Origin: Octopus sinensis
Lineage: Eukaryota
Assembly (NCBI RefSeq): GCF_006345805.1
Contig: NC_042997.1
Span: forward strand, 54,374,001 to 54,438,000
Length of the DNA: 64,000 nucleotides
Direction: 5' to 3'
How positions within the stretch are numbered: position 1 is the stretch's first letter; every line of letters begins with the position of its first letter. A program made the position numbers and the translations under genes. Below are positions 48,733-61,919 of this stretch, piece by piece. Under the pieces are notes generated by a model, which searched no databases, had not been told where the DNA came from, and was given only the letters and a program-made list of their open reading frames with translations.

Positions 48733-50541
48733 GAACCTACAGACTCTATAAATTTCTTGAAACATCAAATGAATCGATAACTATTTGTAGAAAGTAATTT
48801 TCTTTTTGCTGTTGTTTTGCATTCATTTTTCCTTTCCATGTTAGCCCACATGAGATGTTTTAGTGACACAACGATTTTTACAGCTGGATGCCTCTCACCC
48901 ACTAGTCAGTCAAAAAGTAAAAGTTGAAACTTGTGTCTCTAAAGCAAACTGACGAAAAATTATTTACTTTCCTCATAAATCACACCGCAATTTTAACATG
49001 TGATTGTATAGATAGGAATGTAGGACCTTTAACTTCATGACCTTCAGTTTAAAGCAAAGTTGTAACTGAATTAAAAGAGACAACGAAATAATGATTTTTG
49101 TTTTTCACTAGAAAAATATTTCTTGCCGGTAATGTTCTGCTTGGTTAATGATGAGACCAAAATCTGATGTACAACAGAACTTTGCTACCATGTTACCAGA
49201 TCCCAACTTCAACCAACAACCAAAAGCTGATTTATAGTTAGTAATGGTGACCAACATCTTTGTTTAGTTACTCATCCAGAATGATGTTTAACTTTTTTTC
49301 TTGTTAATATAGTGTTGTTGTAACATATGTCTACAGATGGTGAAAAAAAAAAAAGAAGAAATCTTTTTTATAATTTTTACACAACATTTTACATCAATTA
49401 TTTCTTCCAAAAGGAAAACGATATGTAAAACCAACTTTGCTAAACTGTTATGAGAAGGGGAAAGAAAGAAAACCAAGTGAATGATTATAATGACACTATG
49501 AAAACTAAAACAGTTAATATAAAAAAAATGATAGAATTAAACTAGTTGTCTCTAGAGATTACAGATACTTAAAAATTCAGGTTTGGTGACATATAACCAT
49601 AACCCTTTCTGTGAAAAATTCCAAATGTCTACTACTTCATAGTTCAACAAGAATTTGTAAACCAGTTGAGTGTTTAAATTTGTAAATTCTATTTTTTATC
49701 AAGTTGTATTTATAATTCTTTTGATTAATTGCATTCGTTACTTTGACAATGCAACATAAGAAGCAAGATCTATATCTTACTAAGTGAAAAGCTCACTTCT
49801 ACAGGTTTCCAAGTATCAAATGGAAAATAGATTATGATACAGGAGAGTGAAAAAAAATTAATTTGATAAAGAATTTTTATTCCATGGCAGGAATCTTTTA
49901 ATATCTTATAAATAAGAAACTATTTACCTCAAATCCATGGAAAACTGTAATTTTATGTTTTGAAATAGTTAAAGTAGAATTTAAGAGTTTAAGACATAAA
50001 TCTAATTTTAGTGGAAAGCTAACTTTTTTCAATGAATTGTGAATTCTATACATCAGTATTGAATAATCAAGCTTTGAATTTTTTTTCAGTGCAGCAATGG
50101 CTCTACATTAGATACATTTTTTTTGTAAAATTCAGAAGCAAAATGTATTTATTATGATATATATAATAAAACAAACATTTAGTTTTAAAATGTAATAAAT
50201 CCTAGACCAAGTTATTAATCAACTGAATATTCTAAGTTCTTTGTTGTACAAATTCAGTGCAAGAAAAGAAAGAGTTGTTTTTAATATATAAAAAAAAAAT
50301 TATATCTAAGGATTTTTGCAGTTGATAATGTAAATTACACAAAATAAAGTTGATGTCTAGGACCAATGAATACATAAATAAAAATAAAAAATATCATAAA
50401 TAAAAAATACATAAATAAAAAATATCAATAGATTCAACAACAATATACAATACAAACTATAACCTTATTCCTAGAATTTGTCTGTGTTATGATAAAGAAA
50501 ATTCAAAAATGTTATCCTGTAATCAATTCAAAAGAGGACCT

Positions 50542-50768
50542 TTAACCCTTTTGTTACCAAATTTCTGTTGAAATACACTACCTTTATTTCAATTAATTTT
50601 GAAAACAATGAAGGATTTAGTAAAATAACTTTGTTGTTATTAAGCTGATGTTTGAAAAAAATTAATATCAAATTTTGATGGAAGGTTTCATTTTGGATTA
50701 TGTTTTAAACAGAATTTATATCATTGAACAAGGGCCTGTATTAGGTGGATTGGTATCAAAAGGGTTAA
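50542..50768. mobile_element. piggyBac-type MITE, family A, opposite orientation to 18047
   Basis: TTAACCCTTTTGTTACC...GGTATCAAAAGGGTTAA. Confidence 0.82.
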
Positions 50769-51292
50769 AGTTTACTGACAACTGTTCAAGCAGATGGGTA
50801 ACTTTTTTAAGAGACATTTTTCAAATGATAAAAATTAGCTGTAATTCTATTACGTACACTTTGATAGAAAATAATAAGTTATGCATGTTAGTTTAAAGTG
50901 CATGAAAAAGAAGAAAGTTTAATTTTCCAGTGTAGGATTTTTTCATTTTACTACAGTTCTTAAACATTGAATGAAACGGACCTTTGATCTGTCAATAAAT
51001 GAAAATGTTTGATTGCTTCAAAGATATTCAAATGGTTAGTATTGTGACCTGACTTTGTTTCACATGAAATTAGTTAACCAGATATGTACAGATACCTTTG
51101 AGATTATTCTCAATAAACTCATCAACAATTCTTTGAAACCAAGACATTTGTAATGCCTATAGAAACTTACATAAAACTAATATAGAGCTGCACCTAACTG
51201 GAAAGCTGAATATGGTCTTTCTACAGGTATTATGCCAGCTTGATGATAAATGCTACTTAGGCCAATTTTGATATAATATTCATGTTTGGCTT

Positions 51293-51482
51293 TAAGGTGG
51301 TGAGCTGGCAGAATCATTGGCAAGCCAGGTAAAATGCTTAGTGGCATTTTGTCTGCCCTTATGTTCTGAGTTCAAATTCCACTGAAGCTGGCTTTACCTT
51401 TCATCCTTTCGGATGTACTGGGGTTGATGTAATCAGCTTACTCTTTCCCTAAACTTGCTGGCCTTGTACCAAAATTTGAAAC
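51293..51482 (+). mobile_element. SINE with pol III-like head
   Basis: AAGGTGGTGAGCTGGCAGAATC...GAGTTCAAATTCC (B-box-like)...CTTTCATCCTTTCGG...GGGGTTGATGTAATC...CCAAAATTTGAAAC; related copies near 10303, 26370, 43420 and 57180. Confidence 0.75.
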
Positions 51483-53616
51483 TAATATTTATGTTTGGCT
51501 GTTATTTGGCTATCTTATCTATATGTTGAACTAAGCCAACCTCTGTAAAATGGTTCATTGTTTGAGCAAAATCTACAAGCCATTTTTCATTAAAATTGCC
51601 ATTAACAATGAAAATATGCCCCTCAATGCTGAATTATTTGGTTCTGTGATATATTTTCTAAAACAAAAATTAGAAATCTCTTTATAAATTCTTTATCTTC
51701 CTCACACTATCAGCAAGTTTTATTTGCATTAGATTTGCAGTTTGGGATGAGATTTTGAAATGTTTAACAGGTTTTCTGATCACTTGTGGTTGAGCAAAAC
51801 CACAAATTAAAAATAAAAAAAGACATTATCCTTGATAAACAACTCTAATTTCCAAAAATCACGCTAGCACAAAGTTCTATATTTTTATATAATTTATCTT
51901 TCACAGAAACTTTAGTGATACAAAATTCATTAATTCATGCTGTTAGCTCATAACCGACTGTGAAAACAGTAGTTGTTTTGAAATACATTTCCAGATTGAG
52001 TTAATTCACTAATTTTTGACACCTGAAATATACTGATGAGAATTTTGGTTATCTTGTTATTAATTCCTGCCATTATTACAAGAGCTATAAGGGAATAATT
52101 ATTAGAGATTACAATCACCAAAGAAATAGATTTATATTGAATAACTGAAGAAGATACTTAGATTGTGGGCAGAATTGGTATAGCCACCAGACCAGCAGAC
52201 AATAACTCAGTGTTCTATACATCAACTGTTTTGACAAGCAGCAGTTTTAGCTGGGCATAGAAATCTATTTCCATCAGTCTTTTGCAAATGTTACACAGAG
52301 AGCATCTGGTATATATTCCATTGAGTGGTTTCATGTAAGCTTCAGGCTATTTCAGAGCATTATCAAAAGTCGTATAAACCAGTATAATGTCTGCTGTATT
52401 AGGTCTAATGTATAGAAACAAAAGCTCTAATTTGTCAGGATTGATATTTTGCTATAAAGTATTTGAATTCTCTGAAACATAACTTGAATTTCTGACTATA
52501 TTAAGGTTTTGTTAGAATGTCGAATTCGTTTGGTCTAACTATCTTGTCTATTTTGAAGTAGTAATTGGTAACTTTACATTGATTAAACTCTTGTGATAAA
52601 GAAAGTTATAGTTGTTACCCTTCAGTCAGTTCAAAAAGGAATATATCATCAGTTACTATTTTAACAGATGAAAGGAATATAACTGTTTTATAGTTACGCA
52701 GCTCTTGTCATAACAGTCTCATTATGCATTTTATTAAACTGAATATAACATATTTTCCAAAACAATATAAACCAGAGTGCCTACAAGTAGTATATATCTG
52801 TGTCTTTCTTTCTTTCTGTATGTATTTAGACAATTGTATACATAAATTATGTATAACTAATGGTTACTGGTATGGACCATGCTACCATTTTTTGATACTT
52901 GGATTCATTCTGTAAATGTTTTCATTCCCCACTCTCCAGGTCAATCATAGATTTTCATATTAATTTTGATATATTCTGTTTATATTCATGATATGAACTG
53001 ATCTCTAATTTATTTTACCAATACATCTGTTAATATCCAGCAGTGCTATTTTTAATAAAATAAATTTATCATAAAATAAGATTTTAAAAAGATGAATACA
53101 TAAATACTTCTTTTCATTCCAAAAAAAAAAAAGGCAAAGCTGTTATAACAAATTATATTTTTGAACTTGAAGAGTTTCTTGAATTCTTTTCTAAACACAG
53201 TCACCTACACTTAACTTGATTAAAGGAATTTCCATTTTTGTACAGATTTTTTCTGGTTTGGCATAAAGGACATTTTTTTTTTTTTTTTTGAAGTGCAGAG
53301 AACAATGGAAGGTATAAAATTCATATAATGTATAAAATATAAATAAATTGACTGCCAAGCAATAAATACCTGTTTCAATCACAAGTCAGTGGACTTGTGG
53401 TATTTTCTGTCTTAGATTGGTGCTTTTAATGGCAAATGTCATTCTCATTCATATAATGTATATACAAACATATTTCTCTTTGAGATTAAATTTGTACAAA
53501 CATTTAATTATTGATTTATTTTTCAAAAGACTTCAACCATGTTTGGAACTAAGCACTCACACACACACATACAATGGGTTCATCAATGTGTCTATATTTA
53601 TATGCATATGTATGTA

Positions 53617-53990
53617 TGCAGGAGTGGCTGTGTGGTAAGTAGCTTGTTTACCAACCACATGATTCTGGATTCAGTCCCACTGCGTGGCACTTTGGGCAAG
53701 TGTCTTCTACTATAGCCTCGGGCCGACCAAAGCCTTGTGAGTGGATTTGGTAGACGGAAACTGAAAGAATCCCGTCGTATATATGTATGTATATATATAT
53801 ATATGCGTGTTTGTCCCCCTAGCATTGCTTGACAACCGATGCTGGTGTGTTTATGTCCCCGTTACTTAGCGGTTCGGCAAAAGAGACCGATAGAATAAGT
53901 ACTGGGCTTACAAAAGAATAAGTCCCTGGGTTGAGTTGCTCGATTAAAGGCGGTGCTCCAGCATGGCCGCAGTCAAATGACTGAAACAAA
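53617..53990 (+). mobile_element. Apparently full-length tRNA-derived SINE with internal (TA)n tract
   Basis: GCAGGAGTGGCTGTGTGGTAAG head, GGATTCAGTCCC B-box-like, CTTTGGGCAAGTGTCTT, tail CCAGCATGGCCGCAGTCAAATGACTGAAAC. Confidence 0.85.
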
Positions 53991-54265
53991 AGAGTATATA
54001 TACAGATATACACACACATTTTACAATCATAAAATTCTTGTCAATCCATGTTACTAAGTTGATTACCTAATGTCTGATATTATTGACACTCCTCAATAAG
54101 AGTTCTTTATTGTTTTTCTTTCTTTGTACAGGGGAGGTACTCTTTGTATTTGAGGCCAGAACATTTCTGGAACTCTAAAAAATAAATTATGCTTAAGGGG
54201 AGTTCACTTGAAGTTAAACTAATAATGAATTTGTTGACTAGTATTGATGATAATTTTAAAAAATT

Positions 54266-54447
54266 TACCATATTTTAAAGTGTATAAGGAATCTTTGTGT
54301 ATAAGGAACCCCCTAATTTTGGATGCTTAAAATTTGGAAAAAGGGTTTTGTAAGGGATTATAATAGTATCCATGTAATAGAAACTCTCATTTTTTTTAAA
54401 CCTAATTTTTGACAAAAAGGGTTCCTTATACACATTAAAATATGGTA
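54266..54447. mobile_element. TA-flanked Tc1/mariner(pogo)-type MITE
   Basis: TA-CCATATTTTAAAGTGTATAAGGAA ... TTCCTTATACACATTAAAATATGG-TA, 24-bp terminal inverted repeat with one mismatch. Confidence 0.8.
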
Positions 54448-55331
54448 CATAAAAAATATAAATATGAGTTCTATAGAGAATGCAACAGGTTTGGGTCAGT
54501 AAAAGAAAAGGCGGTGGAAAATAAAAGATGAGAACCACAAATTTGAAAATGCTCTATCTTTGCTATTACCATCCAGATTCAGATCTGCATGGATACAGTA
54601 TTGCATTCAGAGTGTTTTGGCCAGGGGTGTCATTAATATGTTCATATTTACTGAATACTTCTGACTTAGTATTTTAAATATATACTGGTATCGGCTTTTT
54701 AGGATCAGTGTCTCTTGAGCAGTGCAGAAGCTGCATTCTTTACTATTATTTACATAAGTTTTCCATCTTTCAATGATCCTCCAGTTAATATTGTACTTTG
54801 CAGTTTTTTGGGGTTTGGGGGGGGGGGTTGTAAGATTTAACTCTAGAGCTTTGTTAAATTTCTTTTATATCAATGTTTCTGGTGTAATTTTAAAATCTTT
54901 TTGAGGCAGCTCTTCTGCTATGCTAAAATAGTTCTTGAAGGTAGTGTCATGGTTTGTATATAATGGTTTCTCTATTACAGATTCTCACCTGTTATGTATT
55001 GTTGTCTCTAACAACCAACCTCAATTACTGGGGTAGGCTTATGTGATAACCCAAGCAACAGAATAAAGAGGGGATGAGATTGAAAGGCCTCTCAAGCTTT
55101 AATCAAGGATGTGACCATTCTAGAGCTGTTGCAATAAAATGCACCCAATTCACTGTAAGTTGATAGGAAGAGCATCCAACCATAGAAACCAAGTTAAAAA
55201 AGAAATATGCAAGTGAAACATGGTCTTGACCTGTCTTTGAAAGCAGTAACTCCAAATAAGAATTAACTCCAACCATGACAACTCATACCAATATGGAAAG
55301 TGAACATATAATGATTAATATATATAATTAT

Positions 55332-55935
55332 TATCATCATCATCGTTTAACGTCTGCTTTCCATGCTAGCATGGGTTGGACGATTTAACTGAGGACTGGT
55401 GAACTTGATAGCTGCACCAGGCTCCAATCTGATCTGGCAGAGTTTCTACAGCTGGATGCCCTTCCTAACGCCAACCACTCCGAGAGTGTAGTGGATGTTT
55501 TTACGTGCCACCAACATGAGGGCCAGTCAGGCAGTACTGGCAATGGCCACGCTCAAATGGTGTTTTTTACATGCCACCTGCATAGGAGCCAGTTCTGTGG
55601 CACTGGCAACGACCTTGCTCAAATGTTTTTTCAAGTGCCAGTAAGGCAACACTGGTAATGATCATGCTTGAATGGTGCATTTTACGTGCCACTGGCACAG
55701 AAGCCAGTTAGCTGCTCTGGCAACAATCACGCTCGGATGGTGCTCTTAATGCTCCACTAGCACGGATGCTAGTCATAGAATTTGATTTCTCTTGCCTCAA
55801 CAGGTTTTCGCAAGTAGAGTTTAGTGTCCAATGAAGGAAAGGTATGCATAAGTGGGCTGGTTACACCCCTGGCATAGGCCACAAGGTTATGATCTCACTT
55901 GGCTTGCGGGGTCTTCTCAAGCACAGCATATTTCC
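55332..55935 (-). mobile_element. SINE-like repeat with RTE-type tail and ~60-bp subrepeats, longest copy here
   Basis: (CAT)n CGTTTAACGTCTGCTTTCCATGCTAGCATGGG...; collinear with 19173-19600. Confidence 0.87.
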
Positions 55936-55974
55936 AGTCATAGTTTTATAAAAGGCAAAATTCTGGGTGAATGC

Positions 55975-57097
55975 AGGTTGATAATTCTGCGAGGAGGCGA
56001 CAATGAGCACTGTTTCCTTTGAAGCTCTTGATATGGCCCTTCAGGATCTGAGACACATCACTAGGCTCATGGGAGGTGCCACAGTCTTGCTTGCAGGAGA
56101 CTTTAGACAAACCCTTCCCGTTGTTCCAAAGAGGACAAGAGCTGATGAGGTAAATGCCAGCACAAAGTCATCCTACCTATGGAGCAGTGTGCAAAAGCTG
56201 AGATTCACAATCAATATGAGACTACAGCTCAGTGGCAATGATGCAGACAGAAACATTTCAAAGCAACTGTTGGATGTCGGTAATGGCACTTTGGCAAGAA
56301 TGATGGCCAAGTAAGCTTGCCTTTTGGACATATGGTATCTGATTTAACCCTTGAGTGTTCACATTATTCTACCATAATTAATGCTTTTTTATCCGCATTG
56401 TTTTGACCTAATCACGCATTATCTTGTAGGTATGAGATTTTGATGAGGTAGCTGTTAATTTTTAAAACGATATTGTAGGGTTGGTGTGAGAGGCCAGATC
56501 TGGCCAGTTTGAGTATAAAACAAGCAGAATACTTTTGGCTGGATATGGCCGGTTTAAATGCTAAAGGGTTAAAGGAACTAATGAATAAGGTGCTTCCTAC
56601 CCTGAGGAATCAGTCTACAGACCACAACTGGTGGAAAACCTGTACCATTTTAGCTTCAATGAATGTGGCAGTCGATGATTTAAACATCAAACTTCTTGGC
56701 AATTGCCAGATGAGCATCACATCTACAATTCCATTTACACTGTATTCAACATCGATGAAGCTGTGAATTATCCAGATGAATTCTTGAATAGTCTAACACC
56801 ACCCGGCCTCCCATATCATGACTGGGGCACCAGTTATGCTGCTTTGAAACCCCAATCCACCAAAGCTTTGCAATAGTACATGACTTATAAATAAAGATGA
56901 TGCTAATAGTCTTGGAGACAACAATTTTGACTGGTAAAGCAAGTGGTGAGCCTGTATTCATTCCTAGAATTCCACTTGTTCCCTCAAATATGCCTTTCCT
57001 GTACAAGCACCTGCAATTCCTGTTGAAACTGAGCCTTGGGACAGTCTTTGGATGTGGTAGGTCTGAACTTTGCAGAAACATTTTCTCCCATGGCTAA
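55975..57097 (+). mobile_element. Helitron PIF1-type helicase remnant (pseudogenised), interrupted by a MITE
   Basis: EALDMALQDLR, MGGATVLLAGDFRQTLPVVP, IDEAVNYPDEFLNSLTPPGLP, ILTGKASGEPVFIPRIPLVPS, FSHG; frameshifts present. Confidence 0.88.
56344..56572. mobile_element. piggyBac-type MITE, family B, inserted at a TTAA inside the Helitron helicase
   Basis: TTAACCCTTGAGTGTT...AATGCTAAAGGGTTAA; removing it leaves ATG GTA TCT GAT TTA AAG GAA CTA ATG (MVSDLKELM). Confidence 0.88.
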
Positions 57098-60000
57098 CTT
57101 CATCTATCAGCTGTGATTATAGATTTGGACTAAGATTTTCAGGAGGTGTGACCTCACATCATAAGGTAAAAATAATGATTTCTAATTTAGATACAAGACT
57201 AACAGTTTTGGGAGAAGGGAATTAGCTGACTACATCTGCTCCAGTATTTGACTGCTACTTTACTGACCCTGAAAGGATGAAGGGCAAAGCTGACTTCGGC
57301 ATGATTTGAACTTAGTGCATAAAGAGCTGGAACAAATATCACAAGGCATTTTTCCTATGCTCTAATGATTCTACCAGCTCATTGCCTAATTAACATTTTT
57401 CTATAAATTCAAATACAAGAATAATTCATTGATTTGTTTTGTTTTTTGTATTTTTCAATAACACACCAGCAACGATAATTTTAAACAAATGAAGGAAATT
57501 TTTGGCCAGTGTTTAACGACCATAATTTACAGTAATCTTTATATTATGGAACAGCAAATTCATGAAATAAACTATTACACAACATATTATTTACAAAAAG
57601 TCATTACAATCTAACCAAATGTTCCACTTCCACAATGCTCATGTGCCATTGTACCAGCTCTACTCAGATGCTTTTAAGTGCAGTTACTACATACACAAAT
57701 AGTACCAATTAGTTGCATGGCCCTTCTCTGGATTGCATCCAAAGTGGGGCCACTGACTAATTGATATCAATCACTTATGAACATACTCCAGCCTTTGGTC
57801 TCGTCTGTCTTTTCTATCACTGCTATAATGGCCTCTGTTCTTCAGAGACGACTGGTCATTCTCCCACCATTCAGATCCCTTCCCCAACTCATCTTTCCAC
57901 CTCTCATCATTCTTGGTGTGTCCAATCCCTTGATTCCTCAGCACTAACCATTATGCCAGTCCTGTCTTCCTAGAACATCAGCTTTCTGGAATGTTTCGCA
58001 GTTCATGTCATTCTTGCAAAAGTAAAGTTCTATGGAGACAATATTAAATGCTATTGTAAAGAAGGAACTGGGTAGAACAGACATTTTTTCACAGCTAAAA
58101 GGATTTGTCAAAGAAGACTGACCGAGCAAGTGAAAAGGTAAAAGTAAAAAAAAAAAAATTCTTCTGCAATCGCAAGACGGACTATAGCAGAGGGGAGAGA
58201 GCATAGCCGGAGGAAAATAATGAGGAATGGAAGAAAGTGAAACATGCACGCTATATTCTCAAAATTTAGCTGGTCATAGACATACGTTTGAAAGTAAGAC
58301 GGATTGGACATGGTGGGAATGTCTTTAAATAGGTTACTTCTGACGTAGGGCTAAAAACAAATAGTAATTATATAGCACTCTCTATTGATTGAGGATATGA
58401 GTACTCTGACGATCAATGTCACTTCCGTCAGGTCTTCTTCACACGTTTTCTAATTTTAAAAACATTGTTGATATAATATTCCTGTACCTTTAATTACATT
58501 CTCCCAGTAATAGCTAATTAATTGACTTCGGTAAGTCCAAAGACTGTTCATTTACTAGAATATAATTTAGACAGTCTATAGGATGTAGTTTAAAGATTTG
58601 GTGAATGTATCAACATCCACAACTGCAAGTCTGACTACATTATTTCATCTACGTGCATTGTTAAATATTCTTTGATCGAACATCTCATATTTACCCTTCT
58701 ACTTCACGCTATACTTACTGCTTGCCAGAACCTATTCTGCGTAGAAAAGGTTAACAGACAAAATCGTTTATAAAATACAAATTAAGTTAAATAAATATTT
58801 ATTCAGTTCGAAAGATAAAGTAATGTGTTTATTCATTCATTTCAAAAGGTGCCAGTTAGAAATACGCCTAAATAAATTGGTATAAAATATAGTTCAATAA
58901 ATGCCCATTCAGTTTTAAGGATAAATGTTATTTATTCAGTGTAAAATATGCTAATTAGAAATATGGTTACTTGAACATCCAAATATCATTTTCATATAAT
59001 TGATATCTCATAAATTTATCTAAGTGACTTGGGTCTTAACAGAATTTTGAGGTTACAAGTAAACGAATCACTAAAATCCCGAGCGTGACGGAATGTCAAA
59101 TAAAAATTAAAGTAATGGTAGATTACTACCAAAGAAAGTTATATAAAATGCTGGATTAGAAAGAAAGATAGTGCTAGTTACTTAATTTATTAAGGTAGTT
59201 ATAAATGAAAACTTGTTAGTATACAATATCCAACAAATCTAAATCGTTGAACGTTTCAATAATTCGTTTTTGGATTTGGTTTGCAAGATTATGAGTTCGT
59301 GTGTTGAAGCATATTCTGTTGTCTGGGGAGAGTAATTTTCTTTTAAACATAAGGCTGCTACCTTGTGCCTAAGTTAGATAACGCATTTATATTGCGAATT
59401 TTATTTTACGCTTTTCCAGATGATTATCTATGCAGCTTTTATCATGTTATTTCAGGCTATATATTTTTACTGCTCCAAAACATGAAAAAGGTGCATTTCA
59501 ATTTTGTTTAGATAGCATTCAGCATGAATGAAAATCAGAATTTGGAAGTGAAAGTAACTCGGCAAGAAGTGAAAAGAAAGTGATTATTACTTGATTTATG
59601 TGTATGAAGATAAAGACTGAATTATTTATTATGAAATGAAAATAATTAGGATCCGTGACAATATGTAAATTTATCTCAGTGTGATTTATTACCAATACTA
59701 AAATATGAAGACAAAAATGATCATAATCGAAAATTAATTTGTAGAAGGTTAAACGTTTCAATATAAATTTAAAAAATTTGCATAAATGTTAATGGTACAA
59801 CTTCAGAACAGTCATATTGAGTTTTCTTATACTTGTTTTATAATTCTATTACTGAGATATGTTATAATGTAGTCGACCGAAGCTTTGTGATTGAATTCGG
59901 TAGGTGGAAGTTACTGCCGTGTGTGTATGTGTGCGTATAGCTGCTCAGTGCCTCTCCGAAAGAGAGAGAGAGAGGGAATGTAAATGTGTAACTTTATGTT

Positions 60001-60636
60001 GCTTAGATCAGGTTTAAGATATAATTTTAGGGTCTTCTAGTAACGTCCTGTAGAGCTTGATATAGTGACTTGCAGTTTCCTCTGAAGTACCTCTTGTCCT
60101 TATCATTCAATTCTGTCACACCTCTTGTATCAGAGTGTCTTTGCAAATGTGTTCTGACTCTTTTTGGCTATTCTGTCTTCAATAATCTTCATGCTAATGC
60201 TTAATTGTTCCTTATGCTGTATGTTATTTTTTTTTTATTACAGATTATTAAATGGCTGAGACAATTCACAGAACATTATCAACATATCAACTTTGGAAAA
60301 CTAAAAATACCTTCATTGAGCTTGTGTCTGCTTGTTTATACAACTTTTGGCTGATGAATGGGAAATATTTCCTTGGAATTGAGAATATTTCCTAGAATTT
60401 CTACAAATGATTACTGAAAGATTTTCTTTCTGTATATATTAAACTCAGAACATTTAAAATAAAGTTTCCATTGTCTTATGTGCAGGGACTTTGATATCTA
60501 AATGTATCTTGTTAACAGCTGCTAGCTTAATGGTCCTTTAGTTGCATAATTTGATGCTCTTTCTTAAGAGCCAAAACATTGTCAGGCTTTAACAAAAGCC
60601 AAATTACACTTAAAGTGTAGATTAAAAGAGAAAAAT

Positions 60637-61551
60637 ATGAATGCAAAAGCAGAGCCTGAAAATATTGATTCATCTAATCAGACACAGGAAAATACAGAAG
60701 AGAAGTCACACCTTTGTGATATGTGTGGAAAATTATTCACTACAAGCAAATTATTATCTTCCCATAAATGTATTCACACACGCAGAAAACTGCACCACAG
60801 CAGTATTTCTGATAAAACATTTTCAGATAATAGCACATTAATTTCCAATAAGCATTGTCACACAGAAGAAACATCATACCATTGTGATATTTGTAGTAAA
60901 AATTTCACTCAGAAAGGTAGTTTCTCTCGACACAAGCGTATTCACACAGGCGAAAGACCATACCACTGTGATAAGTGTGATAAATCATTTTCCAGAAATG
61001 GTCATTTGTCTTCCCACAAACACATTCACACAGGAGAAAAACCATACCACTGTGATATCTGTGATAAAGCATTCTCTAGAAGCGATAATTTAACTCAACA
61101 CAAACGTGTTCACACAGGAGAGAAAGCATATTGCTGTGATATCTGTGGTAAAGCATTTGCTGGGAGTGCTGATTTGTCTGTCCACAAACGTATTCACACA
61201 GGAGAAAGACCTTACCACTGTGATATATGTGGTGAAACTTTTATTAGAAATCGTAATTTAACTTACCACAAACATAGCCACACAGGAAAGAAACCTTACA
61301 AATGTGATACCTGTGAAGAATCATTTTCTACAAGGGGTCAATTATCTGTCCACAAACGTATTCACACAGGTGAAAGACCATACAAGTGTGATATTTGTGG
61401 TAAAGCATTCTCTCAAATTGGTCATTCTGTTCGACACAAACGTATCCACACAGGTGAGAAACCATACCAATGCGATATATGTAGTGAAACATTTTCTAGA
61501 AGTGATAATTTAACTAAACACAAAGAAATTCACACAGAGGAGAAACCATAG
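60637..61551 (+). CDS. Tandem C2H2 (Kruppel-type) zinc-finger protein, 304 aa, 9 intact fingers plus 1 degenerate finger, single coding exon
   Basis: Repeated CxxC-x12-HxxxH units joined by TGEKP/TGERP linkers; second finger lacks both Cys; no recognisable N-terminal effector domain. A candidate 5-prime UTR acceptor (T-tract-ACAG) ends at 60243. Confidence 0.93.
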   Translation: MNAKAEPENIDSSNQTQENTEEKSHLCDMCGKLFTTSKLLSSHKCIHTRRKLHHSSISDKTFSDNSTLISNKHCHTEETSYHCDICSKNFTQKGSFSRHKRIHTGERPYHCDKCDKSFSRNGHLSSHKHIHTGEKPYHCDICDKAFSRSDNLTQHKRVHTGEKAYCCDICGKAFAGSADLSVHKRIHTGERPYHCDICGETFIRNRNLTYHKHSHTGKKPYKCDTCEESFSTRGQLSVHKRIHTGERPYKCDICGKAFSQIGHSVRHKRIHTGEKPYQCDICSETFSRSDNLTKHKEIHTEEKP

Positions 61552-61919
61552 CTATGTGATATCTGCAGTAAAATATTTTCTACAAATAGCAGAATATTTT
61601 ATAATAAATGAATTTCTCTATTTGTTATAATCAGTGTTTTAATTTTCTTTATTCTATACTGACTGTCTGTCTCTAATCCCATTGCATATTTTAAACAAAC
61701 CAGATGCTCATAAAATGAGCATATCTTTTTGTTTTTATATTTTGTGTATCACTTATGTAATTTTGGTAACCTCCATCATTTTGACATCCATCTAGCCATG
61801 TCTTTCTTTCCATTTGTACTTTTTCATCTAACACTATCCTATACTGACTTAGTTATAGATTATGTTAGCTATTTTCTAGCCTTCTTCTTCAAGCAGGATG
61901 TGTAACATGGCCTTTCTTT

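Noticed and set aside
48733-53400. Extent of the phosphatase 3-prime UTR and poly(A) site
   Set aside because: Several AATAAA candidates (for example ~50166, ~50194, ~53054, ~53362); none can be chosen without transcript data.
56003-57097. Host PIF1 helicase gene
   Set aside because: Frameshifted, intron-less, MITE-interrupted and Helitron-like in its motifs; treated as a transposon relic.
60641-61513. Overlapping alternative-frame ORFs in the zinc-finger gene
   Set aside because: Shadow frames of the repetitive finger codons, broken by stops.
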